A stretch of DNA of 64,000 bases from Thermodesulfobacteriota bacterium. GTDB lineage: Bacteria; Desulfobacterota_D; UBA1144; Nemesobacterales; UBA2774. The notes beneath the pieces were generated by a model that searched no databases, was not told where the DNA came from, and saw only the letters and a program-made list of their open reading frames with translations. The translations under genes were made by a program, and so were the position numbers. The stretch lies in assembly GCA_965223335.1 (NCBI GenBank), contig OZ244991.1, forward strand, positions 320,001 to 384,000, written 5' to 3'. Positions 19,140 to 29,047 of the stretch are shown here, in pieces. Numbering within the stretch: the stretch's first letter is position 1; every line of letters begins with the position of its first letter.

Positions 19140-20432
19140 TCAGCTCTCCCACACACCCATGTGCGGGTCCTGAAACGGGCATTTACCCAAAGTGATATGC
19201 TCCTCGAACTCGGACCTGAAGTTCTTTACGATGGACTCAACAGGCATAGCACACCCGTCGGCAAGGGCACAGATCGTAGTACCCCGCATCTGTGAACAGG
19301 CATCAAGCAATGTGTCTATGTGGTTCATCCTGCCCCTCCCGTGCTCTATGTCCGTTAGCATCTTCTCTAACCACCACGTGCCTTCTCTGCATTGAACACA
19401 CTGCCCACAGGACTCATCCCTGTAAAAATGCGCCAGGTTCTGTGCCACTCGCACCATGCAGGTCGTCTCATCCATCACCGTCACCCCTGCAGTGCCCAGC
19501 ATAGATCCGAGTCCAGATAGTGTGTCGAAATCCATTGATATGTCGAGTTGATCCACGGTGAGTAGTGGTGCCGATGACCCGCCCGGTGACACTGCCTTCA
19601 CAGCCCTACCTCCGGGGATCCCTCCCCCGTATTCATATATAAGCTCGCGAAGAGTAATGCCCAGCGGGAGTTCGTATAAGCCCGGTTTATTTATATCGCC
19701 GCAGAGGCCGAATATTTTTGTACCGGTATTTTTAGGAATTCCAATCGAGGAAAACCACTCGGCCCCCCTGTTTAGGATATGGGGCACACACGCTAGCGTC
19801 TCTACGTTGTTTACAATCGTAGGGCAGCCAAACAATCCCACTTGCGCAGGGAATGGCGGCTTGGGACGGGGCTGGCCGTTTTTACCCTCTATCGATTCTA
19901 TTAACCCTGTCTCTTCCCCGCATATATAAGCCCCGGCACCCCTAAACAACACAATATCCAGATCAAACCCCGAGTCCAAGATATTTGTACCCAGGTAGCC
20001 CCTTTGGTGAGCTTCGTCTATGGCTTGATTTATGATTTTAGCACCGTAGGGCATCTCGCCCCTTATATATATGTATGCTTTATGGGAATTGAGCGCATAA
20101 CAGGCAATGGCAATGCCCTCGAGCATTTGATGGGGATCTCGTTCCAGGATCTCTTTGTCCTTAAAACTCCCGGGCTCACTCTCGTCTGCGTTACAACAAA
20201 GGTATATGGGTTTTTTAGAGTCCCTTTGAATAAACCCCCACTTAACTCCAGTGGGAAACCCCGCACCCCCACGCCCCCTGAGGCCCGACTGCTTAATAAT
20301 CTCTATAATATTCTGGGGGTCCATCCCAAGTGCTTTGCGATAAGCTATATATCCCCCTGCGGACAAATAAGAATCTATAGTCTCTGAGTTCTCTCTGTCC
20401 AGGTAGTTTCGAATGATTCTGGTCTCTGGCAT
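19140..20432 (-). CDS. nuoF: NADH:quinone oxidoreductase subunit F (standalone)
   Basis: GLRGRGGAGFPTG, CNADESEPG, GAGAYICGEET, ESCGQCVQCREG, TICAL. Confidence 0.95.
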   Translation of the reverse strand: MPETRIIRNYLDRENSETIDSYLSAGGYIAYRKALGMDPQNIIEIIKQSGLRGRGGAGFPTGVKWGFIQRDSKKPIYLCCNADESEPGSFKDKEILERDPHQMLEGIAIACYALNSHKAYIYIRGEMPYGAKIINQAIDEAHQRGYLGTNILDSGFDLDIVLFRGAGAYICGEETGLIESIEGKNGQPRPKPPFPAQVGLFGCPTIVNNVETLACVPHILNRGAEWFSSIGIPKNTGTKIFGLCGDINKPGLYELPLGITLRELIYEYGGGIPGGRAVKAVSPGGSSAPLLTVDQLDISMDFDTLSGLGSMLGTAGVTVMDETTCMVRVAQNLAHFYRDESCGQCVQCREGTWWLEKMLTDIEHGRGRMNHIDTLLDACSQMRGTTICALADGCAMPVESIVKNFRSEFEEHITLGKCPFQDPHMGVWES

Positions 20433-20647
20433 CTAAGCAGTAATCCCCTATGTTATTAGTTATATCTTGGGGCAATATTGTAAATGGATAACAAACCTGT
20501 TGGCAAGTACAGAGGAGAAAAAACTATAATTAACTCGTAGAAGGTAAATGTTGATTAGCGAAAAATCGATTGACAATAAATATTCTGATGATAGGTTTTC
20601 TTAACGCTCCTGTATAATCAGGTGCTCTACAAGGTTTGAGAGATAGG

Positions 20648-21838
20648 ATGACAGAGCTAACAGATGTGATGATTATTGGGGGCGGGCCGAGCGGATTACA
20701 CACTGCCAAGCTACTTTCCGAAAAAGGCGTCCGAGTAACCCTCTTCGACAAAGACAGTGAAATAGGTAAAGAGGTTGTGTGCTCGGGTGTTGTGAGCAAA
20801 GAGGCCTTTAGCAGGTACGACCTTCCTCAAAACGCCATACTGGGAGCACTACAGTCAGCTGAGCTCAATTCCCCTAGCAGCATTAATATCGAATATCATC
20901 ATCCCGAACAAGCCGTAGTTGTAGTGGATAGACATAAGTTCGATGCCACTCTCTCAGACTATGCCTCCGCATCAGGGGCAGAGATCAGGACAGGGAGCAG
21001 GGTATCGAGGTTAAATCTATGCAATGATTATGTCGAAGCGACTGTTACCCAGAACAGCATCCAATCAGCTATTAGAGCAAAAATAGCTGTTATAGCAACA
21101 GGTGTGAGTTTTAACCTTCAGAGCTCACTTGGTCTCGGCAGGCCCGAGAAAATCCTAAAAGGCATTCAAATTGAGGTAAAAGCCCCTCAAATAGATAAGT
21201 TACGTATTCACTGGGGCAGTAACGTATCGGACGGTTTTTTCGGCTGGGCGATCCCCATTGCCGAAGGCAGGACCCGTGTGGGTGTCATGACTGACGGCAA
21301 TCCCACAAAGGGGCTACGCAATCTACTCTCCACGATCGGCGACTATACCAATATTTGTACGGATCTGGGCAAAGTGAAGCGTCGGGGGATTGCGTTCGGA
21401 ACAATAAATAAGAGTTTCAGTGACCGTGTTGTTGTAGTGGGTGAGGCTGCAGGACTTGTAAAGACAACGACAGGGGGTGGAATATACTATGGTCTCATAA
21501 GTGGCGAGATGGCTGCGGACACAATTTATATGGCGCTACAAAACGGTGATACCAGTGCAAAAACACTATCCAACTATGAAAAAATGTGGAAAAAGAGTAT
21601 TGGCAACGAGATAAGCTTCGGTAAATACTTCCACAGGTTCTACTCAAAATTAGGTGATGATTCCGTAGATGCGCTATTTGAGGCCGCCGAAAAAGATAAA
21701 TTGCTGTCCTTCATCGCAGAGCAAGGTAGTTTCGATTGGCACAAAAACGCCGTAATAAGAATCCTGCAAAGCCCTAACATAAGAAAGGTACTGCTCTGGG
21801 ACACCCTGCTCGGTGCTCGAAAAAGAGTATCAATCTAA
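20648..21838 (+). CDS. Geranylgeranyl reductase family FAD oxidoreductase
   Basis: GGGPSG, VCSG, VDRHKFD, FGWAIP, GEAAGLVKTTTGGGIYY. Confidence 0.88.
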   Translation: MTELTDVMIIGGGPSGLHTAKLLSEKGVRVTLFDKDSEIGKEVVCSGVVSKEAFSRYDLPQNAILGALQSAELNSPSSINIEYHHPEQAVVVVDRHKFDATLSDYASASGAEIRTGSRVSRLNLCNDYVEATVTQNSIQSAIRAKIAVIATGVSFNLQSSLGLGRPEKILKGIQIEVKAPQIDKLRIHWGSNVSDGFFGWAIPIAEGRTRVGVMTDGNPTKGLRNLLSTIGDYTNICTDLGKVKRRGIAFGTINKSFSDRVVVVGEAAGLVKTTTGGGIYYGLISGEMAADTIYMALQNGDTSAKTLSNYEKMWKKSIGNEISFGKYFHRFYSKLGDDSVDALFEAAEKDKLLSFIAEQGSFDWHKNAVIRILQSPNIRKVLLWDTLLGARKRVSI

Positions 21839-23040
21839 TCCGCCCGCTTTTCCCCCACCAACAGATCGACAGAGTATTTCGCAAACGACATCGATGATGT
21901 AAACGCGGGGGAAATCGCGTTTAGAATATGCACTGAGTTTGCATCCTTAATCAGCACAAAATCCATAACTAAGCTCTTTTGGGACCAGTTGACCAACTGT
22001 GGGCGGATACCTACTTTGTCAGACGGTACGAGGTCTGTGGGCCTAAGGTCTCGTATCATGGTACTCGCCTCGTCATAAAAAAAGCGGGAGAGATATTTTT
22101 TCAGTTCCCCCGCGGCTGACCTGCGAAAGGCTCCATTGCTAAGGAACAGCACGCACTGGCGGGATAATATTGAAAGCGACTCCACAGACAGGTCCTCAAG
22201 CCACCTATATTCCTCACGCCCATAGGCAGGCATCGCCGTGGGACCGGCAAAAACCCTTCCATCCACCCCGCGCGTAAAATGAACACCCAAAAACGGATTC
22301 TCCAAATCTGGTACCGGGTATATGTTGCCCTTGACCAAATAGGACCTGGCTTGATTAAGCTCCTTATATGTACCTTTAATCGGCAATACCCTATACTCCC
22401 GCCCTACTCTGAACGAGCCGGCCACCCTGTCGGCAAAAGTACCCGCAGCATTTACAAACCAATCAAACTCTATTTCACCCTCTGTGGTACGGGCTACCCT
22501 TCTGGCTTTGAGGCCCATAAACGAGCAGCCGAACATAAACCTTACACACCCCGTGCATTCCAGATCCTCAACTATAGACTGCAAAACAAGCTTTGGGTCG
22601 ATGACAGAAGTGTCGGGTGAGTAGAGAGCTTTCTCATGTGTGATAGCATGAGGTTCAATCTCCCCGAGCTCTTTTTCATCCACCACACTACACCTGGCAC
22701 CCGCTCCGAGGGCTCGGTCTCTGAGTTCGTATAAATTTGGCAGTCTACCCTCATCCGTAACCACTATTACCTTACCCCTGTTCTCAAGGGGAAGGCCTTT
22801 ATCTCTGCAATAATCCGTGAGCATTCGGTTTCCTTCAACACAAAATCTTGCTTTAAAACTGTCGGGACTATAATAGATGCCGGCGTGGAGCACACCGCTG
22901 TTTCGCCCGCTCGCATGCATACCCGTGCGAGACTCTTTATCAATTATGACTATATTCTCGAAACCTCGGAGAACTAGCTCTCGGGCCGTAGTCAAACCCG
23001 TGATCCCTGCTCCAACGATGAGCACTTCGGTGCCTATCAT
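21835..23040 (-). CDS. lhgO: L-2-hydroxyglutarate oxidase
   Basis: GAGITG, HASGRNSGVLHAGIYY, IYPVPD...PFLGVHFT, GIRPQ, HILNAISPAFTSS. Confidence 0.9.
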   Translation of the reverse strand: MIGTEVLIVGAGITGLTTARELVLRGFENIVIIDKESRTGMHASGRNSGVLHAGIYYSPDSFKARFCVEGNRMLTDYCRDKGLPLENRGKVIVVTDEGRLPNLYELRDRALGAGARCSVVDEKELGEIEPHAITHEKALYSPDTSVIDPKLVLQSIVEDLECTGCVRFMFGCSFMGLKARRVARTTEGEIEFDWFVNAAGTFADRVAGSFRVGREYRVLPIKGTYKELNQARSYLVKGNIYPVPDLENPFLGVHFTRGVDGRVFAGPTAMPAYGREEYRWLEDLSVESLSILSRQCVLFLSNGAFRRSAAGELKKYLSRFFYDEASTMIRDLRPTDLVPSDKVGIRPQLVNWSQKSLVMDFVLIKDANSVHILNAISPAFTSSMSFAKYSVDLLVGEKRAD

Positions 23041-23080
23041 ATTTTTCTATCCACTCCGAGTACCCAAATAATTATCTGGG

Positions 23081-23971
23081 TTAAAATCTTTTGAGCCACT
23101 CGGTTATGGTGCTGATGGCTACTTGTGGATTTTCCATACAGTCGTGTTTGGCGTCGGGAATAAATATGAGCTCCGAATCGCTATTTCCCGATTCTTTTAG
23201 GATCGCCAACAGTGCCTCGGGCTCCTCCCCACTTACCAGATGATCGTTCTCACCGTGTATAAACAGCACAGGCACATCCAGATCCGGGATAATCTCGTTG
23301 GTCTTTGCTTTGTTCGCCTCGGGGCTACGCATGAACCACCACGTCCTATAGGTAAACATCTCTGCATCCGCAGGGTTAAAAGTCGGGCCCCATGCACGGT
23401 ATGTTATGAACACACGGTCGTTTCGGGGGTCGGAGGGATCGGGTTTTAACACCTTCTGCGCAATCTCGTATATATGGTCGTATGACGGTATGCTGTTCCA
23501 TTTGGCCAGACGGTTTCTGTGGGATAATGGCAGGGAGTAGGAGCAACCCTCGAGTATCATCCCTTTTACCCTCGGGTTATGTCTATCTGTTGCATAATAA
23601 ATACTCTGGTTCCCACCCAAGCTCCACCCGAGTATAAATATATTGCTAAAACCCTCCTCACATAGATAATCCACGGCGGCTTCAATATCGAATATAGATT
23701 CGTCGAATATTCCCTCGCCCAGGATCTGACCCATAAACCCCATGCGAGTATTTATGCTAAGCGAGCTAAACCCATTGTCCACAAGTGCATTAGGCACCAG
23801 CCTGGGTGTACCCCTGGCCAGGAAGTGCCCCAGCACCCCGTGCACCAAGAGCACCACAGGGGTACGGTAGAGATCGTCCTCGCTTTGGAACTCCCCAGCA
23901 ACAAACAGTCCATTAATCTGAAATCCGTCTTTGGTATTAAAAGAAACAAGCTTGCGCTGTCTGGGAACCAT
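23081..23971 (-). CDS. Alpha/beta hydrolase (paralog B)
   Basis: VHG, GWSLG nucleophile elbow, HGENDHLV, AKH. Confidence 0.88.
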   Translation of the reverse strand: MVPRQRKLVSFNTKDGFQINGLFVAGEFQSEDDLYRTPVVLLVHGVLGHFLARGTPRLVPNALVDNGFSSLSINTRMGFMGQILGEGIFDESIFDIEAAVDYLCEEGFSNIFILGWSLGGNQSIYYATDRHNPRVKGMILEGCSYSLPLSHRNRLAKWNSIPSYDHIYEIAQKVLKPDPSDPRNDRVFITYRAWGPTFNPADAEMFTYRTWWFMRSPEANKAKTNEIIPDLDVPVLFIHGENDHLVSGEEPEALLAILKESGNSDSELIFIPDAKHDCMENPQVAISTITEWLKRF

Positions 23972-23986
23972 AGATTCTACCTGTGA

Positions 23987-24880
23987 TTAGTCTTTGAACC
24001 TTCTGTCCAGCCATCGAACGATAATATCTCCAAGCTCATCTTCCTTGCCGTCAAACTTGTGCCCCGCATTCACATAGAATGCCGATACGTCGTCGTTGCC
24101 CGTGGCCAGAGCCAGCTGAGCAAGATCATGTGTCTCCTGCGGGTCGACAACCTCGTCGTACCAACCCTGTATAAGCAAAATCGGCACACTTATTTTATCA
24201 ATGCGTTTATAGGCCATTGCGGCCTCGGCCTCAGGTCCTGCGAGGAACCACCATGTTTTGTAGGTATAGATCTCGGTGTGCTCGGGCTCATATGTGTCGC
24301 CGCGTGCCTTGTAAACCAGGATTGTGCGGTCTTCCTTAGAGCTGTAAGGGTCGGGTTTAAGTATCTCCTTGGCTTCCTCTAGGACCTCGTCGTAGCTGGG
24401 CTCACTGCCCCAGCGGTTCCAACGCCGTCGGATAGAGTCGGGCATGGAATAGGGCGTGGCAAGCGATATAATGCCGCTTAGCTTAGAGCCCTCTTCCCTT
24501 GCAAGCTCAGAGGAAGCGTATCTAAGCACAATGCTTGTGCCCAGGCTATAGCCCGATAGGATAATTTTTTCGTAACCCAGTTCCCCCAGGTACTCGACAA
24601 CCCGGTGTATTTGGGGAATGGTATCGTCGAGCAGCCCATACCCAAAGAACAAGCCAAAGTTAGCCATCCGTGTATTTATTGCCAGCGACGAGTAGCCCGA
24701 CTCTGCCAGTATGGGGGGCAGAAAACGTTGGCTGCCGTCAAGAAAGTTGCCCAAAAACCCGTGCACATGGATTACTATCGGGCCGGTGTAATCAACCCCC
24801 TTCTCCCCAGGGTCCTGGTGGTAAAACAATCCGTCAATCTTACTTTGTTTGAAGGGTATCGATACTAGTTCCTGCTCCAT
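23987..24880 (-). CDS. Alpha/beta hydrolase (paralog A)
   Basis: VHG, GYSLG, QGWYDEVV, AGH. Confidence 0.88.
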   Translation of the reverse strand: MEQELVSIPFKQSKIDGLFYHQDPGEKGVDYTGPIVIHVHGFLGNFLDGSQRFLPPILAESGYSSLAINTRMANFGLFFGYGLLDDTIPQIHRVVEYLGELGYEKIILSGYSLGTSIVLRYASSELAREEGSKLSGIISLATPYSMPDSIRRRWNRWGSEPSYDEVLEEAKEILKPDPYSSKEDRTILVYKARGDTYEPEHTEIYTYKTWWFLAGPEAEAAMAYKRIDKISVPILLIQGWYDEVVDPQETHDLAQLALATGNDDVSAFYVNAGHKFDGKEDELGDIIVRWLDRRFKD

Positions 24881-25103
24881 ATATACGTTAACTCCATCTA
24901 AATGGACAATTTAGCTACCTGTTCTGACGAGGTTTTTGTAAAAGCCGGTTATCTCCCTCCCCCGCCAATATCATATCTGAGAAATCAGTGTTGAAACAGG
25001 CTAATACAGTATGATAGGGTTTGCAATATTACGCTAATCTATCCAAGTGAAACCAACACTTATGAACGCTCTGTTAGATTAACGGTTTCAGATTGACTCC
25101 ATT

Positions 25104-25325
25104 TTAACAAAGCAAATCCAATAACTTTTCTTTATCCTCTGTTACAAGTTGGTCAGCAAAAGCCTTTGCATCCTGCCACGATGCGCATTGACCCAGCAAT
25201 ACCGACCTGCCCGACTTAGCCCCGAGAGCTTTTATCTCTTTTGAGACCGAGCTCCATATAATTTGCCAATTCTCATCCGATACCCCTCTTATCCAACCGA
25301 ATGGAAAGGTACCTACCTTATCCAA
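25104..25325 (-). CDS. Small hypothetical protein
   Basis: TTG start with SD AAGGAG; protein-like composition; fills the gap between co-directional genes. Confidence 0.65.
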   Translation of the reverse strand: MDKVGTFPFGWIRGVSDENWQIIWSSVSKEIKALGAKSGRSVLLGQCASWQDAKAFADQLVTEDKEKLLDLLC

Positions 25326-25379
25326 TTATCACTAACTCCTTTTATTGCTTTGAATAGGTATAAAACGGTTTCTAAAAAC

Positions 25380-26099
25380 TCAATAGACCTCTTTTACAAT
25401 CTCCTTTGATCCCGAGGTGTTTACAAACACAGCCTCAACAAACCCACAGTCCTTAATCCGCCTCATTCCTGTGAGGCCCTCGGCATCGTTTTCCAAAAGC
25501 GGTTTGATAAACGTACTCTCCGATGCGCAAAACTCACATGTGAACACCACAATCTCGTCCAACTCCCCCCTGGTGCTTACCGTAATATTCCTCTGCTCCT
25601 CTTCGTACTGTGCATTCCAGTCACTCACACACTCGAGCCTGTTTGGGTCAGGGAATACACTCGGCACGGGGACAACTATCGTTTGTATCCCCCTGGCCCC
25701 CTTGAACTCCGCTTGCACAAACCCACATTTATGTAGACGCTCAAGCCCCGTTAGCCCCCTGTACTCAGTGTGTAAAAATGGTTTAACATAATGATCCTCA
25801 AGGCTGCAGTCCGGGCAAGTAAACACCACTATTTCATCGAATTGACCTTTTGTCGTTACATTAATCTGTGCGTTTTCGCTTTTATAGATACTGTTCCATA
25901 GATCTGCACAGTAAATGCGTTGGGGGTTGGGTCCAATCTGGGGGCCGAGGTCCTCAACCTCCACTGCCACCTCTTCGGTTACAGTCTCTTCCGGGTCTTC
26001 CCCGTTTGCAAAGCTATAGGTGCTAAGCACTGCAAATTGAATAGGAAGAAACAGCGAGAGTAAAAAAATATAATATCTCATTATGGTTACCATCCTCAT
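25380..26099 (-). CDS. Exported protein with two tandem Cys-containing ~90-aa repeats
   Basis: Signal peptide; repeat P.P.R..C...WN...V.T.G..DEIVVFTCxxC.....KP......GLTG..R...CGFV.A.F twice. Confidence 0.8.
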   Translation of the reverse strand: MRMVTIMRYYIFLLSLFLPIQFAVLSTYSFANGEDPEETVTEEVAVEVEDLGPQIGPNPQRIYCADLWNSIYKSENAQINVTTKGQFDEIVVFTCPDCSLEDHYVKPFLHTEYRGLTGLERLHKCGFVQAEFKGARGIQTIVVPVPSVFPDPNRLECVSDWNAQYEEEQRNITVSTRGELDEIVVFTCEFCASESTFIKPLLENDAEGLTGMRRIKDCGFVEAVFVNTSGSKEIVKEVY

Positions 26100-26183
26100 T
26101 TTTTTTATAATTCTACTACATTTTGTGATTATGGAAAAGTAGATTAAGTGCTGAGATCGAAAAATTTAGTAACAGGTGCCTTA

Positions 26184-27401
26184 TTATTTAGTAAAACTTG
26201 TGGATATGGTCTTTACACCTGGATTGGCTTTGGTGGATTTTTGCTGTATGCGCTCTATTCGTCTATTCACCATTTCTCTTCTTTCAGGTGCCATCTGGCG
26301 TAGGTTAACGTAATTGATCACAGCCTCATACCACTGGCCCAACCTCTCATAGCACTCGCCGAGCGATTGATAAGCCTGCTTCATAACCTTGTTGGGAGGT
26401 GGGGGGGAATGGGATATTAACGCTTCGTTTGTTTTAATAGAAGCATTGCAATCGCCCAATCTCTGATATCTAAGCGCTGTCTGAAGTCGTTCGTTATATT
26501 TGTCCATCCTGTATGACGACCTGTTAGCAGAGATTGAGCTTGGGGTATTAGAAGTAGCAGATATCGGCTCTACCAGAGATGTACCAGCCCCGGCTGCAAA
26601 CCCAGAGGATTTCATAAAACGTCGGGGGCTTTGTCTCGCCAGCGATACTTTGGAGAGCCTGGGTTCTTGGGCCCCGACCGAGGGTTCATGTGCACTGTTT
26701 AACAGATCCGAGGAAGCAACCTCTTTAGGACTATCCGCAAGATTATCAGCCGTGACCTGTTCTTTTTTTGAGCTCTTTGCAGCCATCATGGCAGGGGCCG
26801 CTTTCCTGCTTTTAATCTCAGCTACCGGTAGGCTCTCGGGCAAGGGTTCCTCTTGATCTGTAAATAGTTCGTTATTGTCTTTTGTCCGAGCAGTCATCGC
26901 ACTAACATCATCGACAGCAGCGGGTTTAGCGGGCGCTTTCTCGACTGTTACCTTGTTTTCTTCCACTAGTTCAGCTTGCAAAGCCCCTTCCGGCATGTCA
27001 TCTGATTTGCTGTTAATACCAGCTGTTACTCTTCCAGAGAACTCATTGCTGTTTATAGAAATATCATCTCCATAATGAACCCAGACAGAGAGTGCGATGA
27101 TCGAGCCCATAGCCGGGACTAGAATCGGGGAGTAAAACCATTTTTTCCAAAACGATGGGTCTTTTTCGCTATTTAACTCTTGTTTTGCGGTTTTTAGCAG
27201 TCCTGAGACTAAGTGGTTTGATGGGGTTGTGTGGGGCTCGTCATTTACAACATTTTTAATCTGTATATATTGCGAATACTGCACTGAACACTCGGGACAG
27301 GTATCCAGGTGGCGAGTGATCAAGTCGGTATCGTTTTTATCCAACTCACCGTATATGTAGTCCATTAACAGATCGTTACATGTCTCGCAATTCATATTCA
27401 C
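26184..27401 (-). CDS. Zinc-finger (zf-HC2) anti-sigma factor with TM helix, low-complexity linker and C-terminal TPR
   Basis: MNCE...YIYGEL...HLDTCPEC; TM ILVPAMGSIIALSVWV; C-term AYQSLGECYERLGQWYEA. Confidence 0.88.
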   Translation of the reverse strand: MNMNCETCNDLLMDYIYGELDKNDTDLITRHLDTCPECSVQYSQYIQIKNVVNDEPHTTPSNHLVSGLLKTAKQELNSEKDPSFWKKWFYSPILVPAMGSIIALSVWVHYGDDISINSNEFSGRVTAGINSKSDDMPEGALQAELVEENKVTVEKAPAKPAAVDDVSAMTARTKDNNELFTDQEEPLPESLPVAEIKSRKAAPAMMAAKSSKKEQVTADNLADSPKEVASSDLLNSAHEPSVGAQEPRLSKVSLARQSPRRFMKSSGFAAGAGTSLVEPISATSNTPSSISANRSSYRMDKYNERLQTALRYQRLGDCNASIKTNEALISHSPPPPNKVMKQAYQSLGECYERLGQWYEAVINYVNLRQMAPERREMVNRRIERIQQKSTKANPGVKTISTSFTK

Positions 27402-27403
27402 AT

Positions 27404-28039
27404 TTACACCCCTTTTGCTCCCTCTTGTTGCTCGAAGTAACCCGATTCCTCAAACGACTGCCTTAGCTGCTGAAACGCATACCTAAGGCGGCTCTTAACT
27501 GTACCGAGCGGAGCTTCCGTAATTTCTGCAATCTCGTGAAACGACAGCCCTTGTACTTCTCTTAATAAAAACACTTCTCTAAACTCCTCACGCAGTGCCT
27601 GTATCCCGTTGTCTATTAGCACCCGAAGCTCTATATCATAAGCCTTGTCCTCGGGGGTTTTCTCTTGGCTGCGGACTATCTCAAGCACCACAGCCCCTTC
27701 GCTGTCCTGCCCCTTAAAGGGTGCGTCCAGTGAGTCATGCCTTCTATAACTCTCGGATCTAAGGAAATCTATACAGTGGTTTCTAGCAATACTGTATAGC
27801 CATGTAGAAAACTGATGGTTAGGATTGTATTTATTGCGGCGTTCAATAATTTTAAGAAAGATCTCTTGCAATAGGTCCTCGGCCTGCGGTTTATTTGTGC
27901 CGACCATCTTCATGATAAATCTGAGCACTCCACCTTTGTAACGGTCCAAAAGCAGATCAAAACCCCGCGCATCGCCGTTTTGAAACCTTTCCATTGCTTC
28001 TTCGTCTGTAAGTACTTTATTCTGTCTTAAGCGAAACAC
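27404..28039 (-). CDS. ECF RNA polymerase sigma factor
   Basis: AEDLLQEIFL, FSTWLYSIARNHCID, REVFLLR...GLSFHEIAEI..APLGTVKSRL. Confidence 0.95.
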   Translation of the reverse strand: MFRLRQNKVLTDEEAMERFQNGDARGFDLLLDRYKGGVLRFIMKMVGTNKPQAEDLLQEIFLKIIERRNKYNPNHQFSTWLYSIARNHCIDFLRSESYRRHDSLDAPFKGQDSEGAVVLEIVRSQEKTPEDKAYDIELRVLIDNGIQALREEFREVFLLREVQGLSFHEIAEITEAPLGTVKSRLRYAFQQLRQSFEESGYFEQQEGAKGV

Positions 28040-28294
28040 AGGGCTCCTCTATCTACACCTTCATATATATTGATACGAACGAACTCAAAAAAAGCTCTAA
28101 ATCCTACTAAGCACTAGTTAAATAATATAACCCAATATATCAAAATTCATAAAGCAAATCCAATCACAGATGTCACCGGATCACCGCGTAAATCACAGCT
28201 TGTGCTTTAAAACCCTCAATTGAGAGTTTATCAAAAAAGAATGTAGCAATCGCATACTGAGTCCGCGTATACTACATTAGTACCGGGGATAACT

Positions 28295-28975
28295 ATGTGC
28301 GGCAGATACACACAGACCATAGACATCGAGAAACTACAGCTCCGTTTCGGATTCGAGTTCTTTATGGAAGAGATTGATTCCATACCTAGGTACAACATTG
28401 CCCCCACACAACTTGCACCCGTTGTTGTCCACAACGAAATACGGCTGCTCAAGATGTTTAGATGGGGTCTCGTTCCCTACTGGGCCAAGGACATGAAAAT
28501 CGGAAGCAAGCTTATAAATGCCAGGGCCGAGACTATCACAGAAAAGCCCAGTTTTAAAAAGCCGTTTAAAAACAAACGCTGCCTTGTTGTAACAGACGGA
28601 TTTTATGAATGGAAAAAATCCGCCGACAAAAAAACCAAGTCACCTTACAGGTTCACACTAATAAGCCAAGAACCATTCGCATTCGCCGGGCTTTGGGACA
28701 GCTGGAAATCACCAGAAGGTGATGAGATAGAGTCGTTTACAATTATCACCACATCCGCTAACGAGCTCATGCTTCCGATACATCACCGCATGCCTGTAAT
28801 CTTAAATCAGAAAGACGAAGAGAAATGGATAGACCCCAATTACAAAGATACCGACAAACTGATTGCTCTACTAAAACCATATGATTCAGATCTAATGAGT
28901 GCGTACCCGGTCTCGACAATAGTAAACTCCCCTAACAACGACAGTGCCGAATGCATCGAACCCGCTGGTGAATGA
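28295..28975 (+). CDS. SOS response-associated peptidase (SRAP; YedK/HMCES family, abasic-site crosslinking)
   Basis: N-terminal MCGRY, YNIAPTQ, WGLVP.W, INARAET, GFYEW, HHRMPVIL. Confidence 0.95.
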   Translation: MCGRYTQTIDIEKLQLRFGFEFFMEEIDSIPRYNIAPTQLAPVVVHNEIRLLKMFRWGLVPYWAKDMKIGSKLINARAETITEKPSFKKPFKNKRCLVVTDGFYEWKKSADKKTKSPYRFTLISQEPFAFAGLWDSWKSPEGDEIESFTIITTSANELMLPIHHRMPVILNQKDEEKWIDPNYKDTDKLIALLKPYDSDLMSAYPVSTIVNSPNNDSAECIEPAGE

Positions 28976-29047
28976 AAATAGAAAAAATTCATACCTATGG
29001 CATAATTAAGACTCCGAAATTTTGGACTTAAAGGAGGACCACTAATT

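Noticed and set aside
28295..28975. SRAP gene as a sign of a prophage or mutagenesis cassette
   Set aside because: No phage, umuDC/imuABC or integrase genes nearby; sits among housekeeping genes
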